A stretch of 64,000 nucleotides of DNA from a virus (lineage: Duplodnaviria > Caudoviricetes). A program made the translations under genes and the position numbers. The stretch covers positions 1-64,000 of the IMG/VR virus record IMGVR_UViG_3300012662_000009; one strand, given 5' to 3'. Below, piece after piece: positions 58,287 through 64,000 of this stretch (the stretch's first letter is position 1; every line of letters starts with the position of its first letter). The notes beneath the pieces were generated by a model that did no database searches, was not told the origin of the DNA, and saw nothing but the letters and a program-made list of their open reading frames with translations.

Positions 58287-60440
58287 ATGCCCAATAAATT
58301 ATTTAAAGGAACTAAAATATTACAAAGCAATCTTGTATCTAAGGTAAGATCTAACAGAGAATATCTTATATCACAAGAAATTTCTGAAGATCTTAATACA
58401 TATAATTATTTCGGTGTATTTAGATCTTATAATGATGCCCATAAAAGAAAATTTAAGATAGGTAATAAGCAATATCAGAAATATGCTTTAGATAAAGATA
58501 AGAAACCCAGAGCTTCCAAAGCCGGTAATATGAATATTATTGAAGAAGATTTTGATGGTGTAGAAGTGGGCTCTCCCGCAGTTAGATCAATATTCAATAG
58601 AGCGGGGGGTATGCTTATAGGTACTGATGGTGGGTTACCGCAAGATTTCACTAAAATCACCTCTGATGATTATATCCGAGATGGTGCATCTGGTTGGCGT
58701 ATATCTAATAATGTTCCTCTCATGGATTCGCCTTCTAATAGAGATAAAATCAGGAGTCATTCTGGTTGTTCTGTTAAAGAATTAGTACAGCAATCAGAAC
58801 AGGGTTTATTAGGCCGTGCTATATATTCTTATGCAGATTTTATGTATTGTAAATATTTAGGTAAGGTCCCTAATAATTATCTTATAACACTTCGGAGATT
58901 TCCTGTACCCCCCGGGGATTTTATTTCAACTTTGGGTACTGGTATAAACCAAAAGACTTTTGGTAAGAACAGTAATGGTCAGCAAATAGGATGTATGGTG
59001 ACCTGGTTGGGTACTCCTGGAAATGAAATAGGTAATATCCTAAAGTATTCATATAAAATGCCTTATAAGGAACAGAATGCTCAATGGGAAACTATGAATG
59101 ATAATGCTGATTCCGCACCAGGTCTCGCTAATAGTATTGCAGCTGCTTTTGACCCTGCTTATAGAAAACAATATATATCAGGTCATGGTGGTGCCGCTTA
59201 TAATGCTTATGTAGGTAAATTTTTTAAGGTTCCGGGTCTGGATAAACTTCATGGTGGTAGCGATACTGGTCCTTATCCTGCAGGTTTTCAAGAAGATCGT
59301 AATAAAGTTTACGGTCCTATTGATCGAGTTAAATCAACTATGATGCGTTCAGAAGATGGTCTTGAATTTAATCAAGAGGTTACTATAACTTTTGAATATG
59401 AATTGCGTGCTTATAACGGAATCAACACTCGTCAAGCAATGTTGGATTTACTTTCTAATATATTACAGGTGACTTATACAACAGGTGGTTTCTGGGGTGG
59501 TGGTTATAGGAGCACAGGTATGCATCAAAGTTCTATATTCAATAATTTACAGATCTTTAAGTGCCATGGTGGCTTTACAGATTTTATGGATGCCTTTGCA
59601 AATGATTATAGTACTGTAACAGCAAATATTCGTAATGGAATATCTGCTCAAGGGGGATTTTTAAATGCGTTGAAGAGCTTACTTAATCAATTAGGCGGTA
59701 TGATTTTAGGTGGTGCCTTGAATCAATTAGGGCGACCTCAAAGAGCTTTTGCTAATTCACTTTTGTCAGAACAACCTGTAGGAATGTGGCATTTAATGGT
59801 AGGTAATCCCAACCACCCCATAATTTCAATAGGTAATATGGTTTTAATGAATACGGAAGTGCAACATTATGGTCCTTTGGGACTTGATGATTTTCCCACG
59901 AATCTTAAGGTAACATGTACTCTCAAGAGAGGTAAACCCAGGGATCTTAGAGAAATTGAAAAGATGTATATGCATGGTAATGACCGAATATATTTTTCTA
60001 TGGGTCCTAAGGTAATGGATATGTATAAATCCGCTGCAGAATATAAAAGAAAACACACCAAATCTCCTGAAAATTATAATTCATTAGAAACCGATATAGA
60101 ACTGCAAAAATCTTATGCAGAGTTCTTAAAGAGCAAAGAAGTTTCAAGTGCTGATGATGAGGTTATAGCATTTGCTTCTACAGGAGAAGGTGGAGGGTCA
60201 ATGTTAAAAGATAATACTGCTGAAGCTGAAGAACTTGGCGCAGTATTCTTAACAGATCAAGAATTGGCCACTTGCGGTAATATTGTACAAAAATGGTTTG
60301 GTGAACATGATGATTATTCTATATACTTTGCCGCAGCTGAGCAAGAAAATGGTGCCTCGAAGAAAAAAGAGAAACCTATAGTCAATGGGTCAGAAAAGAC
60401 TAATAATGGCCAGAATACTAAAGGTAATAATACACAATGA
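58287..60440 (+). CDS. Putative baseplate/tail structural protein
   Basis: DFMYCKYLGKVPNNYLITLRRF, WHLMVGNP and LGLDDFP; precedes the head-completion gene. Confidence 0.5.
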   Translation: MPNKLFKGTKILQSNLVSKVRSNREYLISQEISEDLNTYNYFGVFRSYNDAHKRKFKIGNKQYQKYALDKDKKPRASKAGNMNIIEEDFDGVEVGSPAVRSIFNRAGGMLIGTDGGLPQDFTKITSDDYIRDGASGWRISNNVPLMDSPSNRDKIRSHSGCSVKELVQQSEQGLLGRAIYSYADFMYCKYLGKVPNNYLITLRRFPVPPGDFISTLGTGINQKTFGKNSNGQQIGCMVTWLGTPGNEIGNILKYSYKMPYKEQNAQWETMNDNADSAPGLANSIAAAFDPAYRKQYISGHGGAAYNAYVGKFFKVPGLDKLHGGSDTGPYPAGFQEDRNKVYGPIDRVKSTMMRSEDGLEFNQEVTITFEYELRAYNGINTRQAMLDLLSNILQVTYTTGGFWGGGYRSTGMHQSSIFNNLQIFKCHGGFTDFMDAFANDYSTVTANIRNGISAQGGFLNALKSLLNQLGGMILGGALNQLGRPQRAFANSLLSEQPVGMWHLMVGNPNHPIISIGNMVLMNTEVQHYGPLGLDDFPTNLKVTCTLKRGKPRDLREIEKMYMHGNDRIYFSMGPKVMDMYKSAAEYKRKHTKSPENYNSLETDIELQKSYAEFLKSKEVSSADDEVIAFASTGEGGGSMLKDNTAEAEELGAVFLTDQELATCGNIVQKWFGEHDDYSIYFAAAEQENGASKKKEKPIVNGSEKTNNGQNTKGNNTQ

Positions 60441-60886
60441 ACATAAAAGACCTCAAACCCTCTAAAAGATCTCGTTACAATCAAGGATATATCAATACAA
60501 ATTCTTGTAAAAAACTCTTTCCTGGGCTTATAACTGAAAAGATTATATATAGGAGTTCTTATGAAAAGAAATTTATGCTCTGGTTGGAATCTAATAAAAA
60601 TATTAAACAATGGGGGTCTGAATGCGTCCCTATAAAATATTTTAATATATTAGATAATAAATATCATACTTATTATCCGGATTACTTAGTAGAAACTTTA
60701 GAAGGAGATTATATATTAATTGAAATAAAACCTCATAATCAAACTGTTAAGCCATTGCAAGAAAATTCATATGCTTATAAAGAATATGTAAAAAATATTT
60801 GTAAATGGAAGGCTGCTCAAGAATTTTGTAGAGCTCGCGGATATAAATTTAAGATATTAACAGAAAGAACTATAAATAAATTATAG
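60437..60886 (+). CDS. Head completion nuclease (T4 gp4 / TnsA-like)
   Basis: YRSSYE, WGSE, YYPDY, IEIKP, KWKAA and FKILTE. Confidence 0.9.
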   Translation: MNIKDLKPSKRSRYNQGYINTNSCKKLFPGLITEKIIYRSSYEKKFMLWLESNKNIKQWGSECVPIKYFNILDNKYHTYYPDYLVETLEGDYILIEIKPHNQTVKPLQENSYAYKEYVKNICKWKAAQEFCRARGYKFKILTERTINKL

Positions 60887-60918
60887 AAAAATAGCAAGCA
60901 TATGCTTGCTATTTTTCT
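60885..60918. terminator. Bidirectional terminator (perfect palindrome)
   Basis: AGAAAAATAGCAAGCATATGCTTGCTATTTTTCT. Confidence 0.8.
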
Positions 60919-60949
60919 TTAGAACTCAAACTAATTTATCAAATTATCA

Positions 60950-61231
60950 TTACAGTTTTCCCACTAATTCAGAAGCAATCGCTGTCTGTGTTACGTAAGT
61001 ACTTAAATTATCATTATCAAGGGTCTCAGGTGTAATTACTTGAGTCACAAACTTCTTTTCCTTAAGATCTTTAACATCTATAGGGTCCTTAGTAGGCTCT
61101 TCAGTGGGTTCCTGGGGATCTTTGGGTTGTTCCTCGCCAGTGGTACCTTGATCAGCACCAGATACCGGAGTCTCAACACTTTCGTTATCCTGCACAGCTA
61201 TTTTTTCGGTATTTTTTGTAGTCTTTGCCAT
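60950..61231 (-). CDS. Small acidic, proline-rich protein
   Basis: 93 aa; own TTATTATA upstream. Confidence 0.6.
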   Translation of the reverse strand: MAKTTKNTEKIAVQDNESVETPVSGADQGTTGEEQPKDPQEPTEEPTKDPIDVKDLKEKKFVTQVITPETLDNDNLSTYVTQTAIASELVGKL

Positions 61232-61276
61232 TATTAGATTTTCTTATTTTTTATTATAATAAAATTTTATGGGATC

Positions 61277-62050
61277 TTATTTTATCTTTTCGCGCCATCT
61301 ACCTTTTCTGGGATCTATGGTTACAGTTTGATTTATATCAGTGAATTTAAGAATACTTCTTAATCTTCCCGCAGAACAAATTATTGTTGGGCATTTTAAT
61401 TTAGTAAGTAAGTGGTTAGAAAGGATTTCTCCATGTTTTGTAGAAAAACTTAATTTATCATAAGAATTCAGATCTTCTATATGTAATTCTACTCGAGTAT
61501 CTGTTGTCATGGAGATATTCATAATATCATCAGGTGTTGCACTATCAAGATATAATTCAAGCCAACTCGAAGGTTTCTTTGTCTTAAGTTTAATCTTATT
61601 AAAAGACCTTACATCAGACATATCAAAACTATCTTTAACCAGAAATGTTAAATTGGATACTTTATCAGTACATATAGCAGAGATAAAACCGGGTAATCTT
61701 TTCAATTGGTCTTGAGTGATATTATTATAACATAATATAAATCTTAAGGTATCACAAGATTTCTTATCAAAATTTATATAAGAAGGAAGTGGAGCATCGA
61801 GCTCAAAAGTTCGTCCTGAGGGATAATTATCATATATAATACCATCCTTAATAGAAAAATCCTTTTCAATGTTCCTTGTAGTATGACTATTATCAATACT
61901 TTTTAAATAATCATATATAGCTTGATCGGGGGTTTTGTTAAGTAAATCGTCTTCAGAATCAAATAATCCTTCTCTAACTGCTGTTAAGTTATCAAAGGTT
62001 TCTTTGCCCGCTGTTAAGCTATCATTTATATATTCTTTTATAGGTTTCAT
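61277..62050 (-). CDS. CTS-leader paralogue family member 7 (extended leader)
   Basis: MKPIKEYINDSLTAGKETFDNLTAVREGLFDSEDDLLNKTP; LPSYINFDKKS; start reassigned to 62050. Confidence 0.8.
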   Translation of the reverse strand: MKPIKEYINDSLTAGKETFDNLTAVREGLFDSEDDLLNKTPDQAIYDYLKSIDNSHTTRNIEKDFSIKDGIIYDNYPSGRTFELDAPLPSYINFDKKSCDTLRFILCYNNITQDQLKRLPGFISAICTDKVSNLTFLVKDSFDMSDVRSFNKIKLKTKKPSSWLELYLDSATPDDIMNISMTTDTRVELHIEDLNSYDKLSFSTKHGEILSNHLLTKLKCPTIICSAGRLRSILKFTDINQTVTIDPRKGRWREKIK

Positions 62051-62068
62051 GTAATGCAATTTCATAAA

Positions 62069-62878
62069 TTATAATGTATTTGGCATAAAGAAATAATCTG
62101 CAGCTCTATTGTTTTGAATCCATTCATCAATCTTTTCCATTTCTTCAGAAGCTTGATCAGAAAGATTAGAATAATTTATAGTAACTCCACCAGGAAGTTT
62201 AAATTCAAATATTCCATAAATAGTCGAAAGTGCTCTTTTACAGAGACATACAACATATCTAAAGAAATAATAATTATTATAAAGATCCTGGATGCGACAT
62301 CTTATTGAGCATGCTATTAAAAGATCTGACCATCCAAGATCACCTAATATCACTAATTTAGATGAATAAGTATTATAATTATATGTTAATGGGGGATTTA
62401 ATGTCTGATTAAAAGTATCTACTTCATACATAGAAGTAACTACATCATGTAATGTATAACCAACACCATTAATACCAAATCCCGATCCTATAGTACCTAC
62501 TCCGCCAAACATTGAGTACGAAGACATCATCATACGTTCTATAGAAAAATCTCCCATAGCACCATATTTAAGATGTTGCTGCATTTTATATACACCATGT
62601 ACACCTAAGATCTGATTAGGTAATTGAATAATTTTATTAAGTTTATTGCCTTTGCATATATCAGAGTTCTTAACTAAATAATGTCGTTCCTCAGCAGAAT
62701 AATCATCGTTCTGCCAAAAATATTGCGCTGCTTGTATAATAAACTCTGGTATACGCTCAATAGGCACAGCAAAGGGCAGCGCACATGACTGAGTAACCTC
62801 TGATTGTACTCTTAATATGAATTGATAATCAATTTCATCCTCCAATTCAGGAGTCCATATAATTCCATCTTTATCCAC
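62069..62878 (-). CDS. Neck / head-tail adaptor protein (gp13-like)
   Basis: IQLPNQILGV, YNYN and FKLPGGVTINY...ASEE motifs. Confidence 0.75.
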   Translation of the reverse strand: MDKDGIIWTPELEDEIDYQFILRVQSEVTQSCALPFAVPIERIPEFIIQAAQYFWQNDDYSAEERHYLVKNSDICKGNKLNKIIQLPNQILGVHGVYKMQQHLKYGAMGDFSIERMMMSSYSMFGGVGTIGSGFGINGVGYTLHDVVTSMYEVDTFNQTLNPPLTYNYNTYSSKLVILGDLGWSDLLIACSIRCRIQDLYNNYYFFRYVVCLCKRALSTIYGIFEFKLPGGVTINYSNLSDQASEEMEKIDEWIQNNRAADYFFMPNTL

Positions 62879-63025
62879 ATTTATATAATAAGTTATTATT
62901 AAGACATCATTAAATGGGTATATTAGGTTATATTTTTTAAGAAATTAATAAATTTTGAGCAAATTTTAACACATAATGGTAAAGAACCTTAATTAACAGG
63001 TTATATTAATGCATGTTTAAGAACT

Positions 63026-64000
63026 ATGGAAGAATACAAGGATAACTTACATAATTTTATTAAGAATAATGAAGAATTAATATCTGAATATGATTTAATA
63101 GATTCTGCAATACCTGTGGAATGTTGTGAAGAAGAAATTATAGGGATTTTCAAGAGTATTAAAAAGCTCAATAAAAAAGCAAGTTTTGATATAGTACTTA
63201 GTAGATCCCTTAATATGTCCGTAAAATATCAGGTGTCTATAATAGATAGTATGGAGTGTATCTTATCAAATCTGTCTATAGATGGATCTAAATCTAATAT
63301 AACACAAGCATATTTTAGAGAGATCAATGATATATATAAAAAGAACCACAATAATTATAATATAGATTTCGATCCGGAAAATCGGGATCAAATTATTAAA
63401 ATGAATCTTAAAACAGTTATATCTGTTGCGAAGAGATATCAAGGCCTTGGATTAAGTCTAAATGAACTCATATCAGCCGGTAATATGGGGTTGTGCATGG
63501 CTTTTGATAAATTTGATCCAACCAAATCAACATTAAGAGACGATGTATTAAACGCAGTCAGTACTCTTCCCGAAGTAGCTGATTTTGCTGATATAAAGAA
63601 TACTATAGAAGGATATTTTTCCTATGGTGATTTACAAAAGAAATTTGCATCATACTTTTATCCTGGTAATACATATCTTAAAAAAGATATAATTAAATGG
63701 GTTCGGAGCAACGTCTTTAATGCAAAATTCAATTCGGTTGCTGTAATGTGGATCCGTGCATATATCTTAATAGAACTCGATAATTTCTCCAGGGTAGTCA
63801 AAAAACCCAAAGCTGAAATTTATAAAGATAAAAAAGAAACGGGGACATATCAAAGAGAATCTATAGTAGATATTGATGCACCCGTTTCGGATGATTCCGA
63901 TACACCGATCTCAGGATTTTTTCAGTCTGAAAATGAAATAAATGATTTAGAAATATCTGAATCTTATGGGATTTTTAAGAAAGGTTTAAGTGTTCTTTTA
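63026..64000 (+). CDS. Second sigma70-like factor (runs off the window end)
   Basis: Translated by hand: NLKTVISVAKRYQGLGLSLNELISAGNMGLCMAFDKFDP ... AKFNSVAVMWIRAYI; missing from the ORF track. Confidence 0.85.
   Translation, partial: MEEYKDNLHNFIKNNEELISEYDLIDSAIPVECCEEEIIGIFKSIKKLNKKASFDIVLSRSLNMSVKYQVSIIDSMECILSNLSIDGSKSNITQAYFREINDIYKKNHNNYNIDFDPENRDQIIKMNLKTVISVAKRYQGLGLSLNELISAGNMGLCMAFDKFDPTKSTLRDDVLNAVSTLPEVADFADIKNTIEGYFSYGDLQKKFASYFYPGNTYLKKDIIKWVRSNVFNAKFNSVAVMWIRAYILIELDNFSRVVKKPKAEIYKDKKETGTYQRESIVDIDAPVSDDSDTPISGFFQSENEINDLEISESYGIFKKGLSVLL

Noticed and set aside
3646-62308. Many short ORF-track entries antisense to or nested in long genes (e.g. 22795-23217, 36978-37352, 41559-41888, 43564-43932, 32175-32492)
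   Set aside because: Shadow ORFs of well-supported genes, with no motifs and atypical composition.
62927-63025. Possible read-through extension upstream of the second sigma gene (in-frame TAA at 62990)
   Set aside because: Short, lacks a convincing start and is compatible with chance in AT-rich DNA.
1-64000. Stop-codon reassignment (TAG to Gln, as in Lak and some crAss-like phages)
   Set aside because: Core genes are full length in the standard code, coding density is high, and several genes end properly at TAG (e.g. 15367, 39525, 51068, 60886).

Overview
This is a 64 kb AT-rich segment of a large T4-like (jumbo-type) myovirus genome, read in the standard code (several genes end in TAG). 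Start regions are A/T-rich with no Shine-Dalgarno, which suggests a Bacteroidota-type host (inference). Core genes are scrambled across both strands. Virion genes: portal, prohead protease fused to a scaffold-like region, neck, head-completion nuclease, sheath, tube, and gp6/gp25/gp53-like baseplate genes. Replication genes: family-B DNA polymerase, gp32-like SSB, RNase H/5'-3' exonuclease, gp46/SbcC ATPase, RuvC-like resolvase, primase-SF2 helicase fusion, dUTPase and NDK. Other genes: two sigma70-like factors, a MoxR/metallopeptidase/vWA set and a RimK-like ligase-protease. Three patterns stand out. (1) About 16 otherwise unrelated or divergent genes start with an MK-x-[ILF]-K-[EQN]-[YF]-I-x-E leader resembling the T4 capsid-targeting sequence. 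They include 7 dispersed paralogues with a conserved leader and variable body, a sigma factor, a MoxR ATPase, a putative nuclease and a DUF285 repeat protein, so they may form a large packaged-and-injected protein arsenal. (2) A ~105 bp dispersed intergenic element contains a 16-6-16 palindrome whose asymmetric core is flipped between copies. (3) Three endonuclease genes appear fused to a Mom-like GNAT domain, and two of them form an inverted pair around the tail tube gene. I saw no tRNA, rRNA or CRISPR array. All family calls come from motif reading, not database searches.
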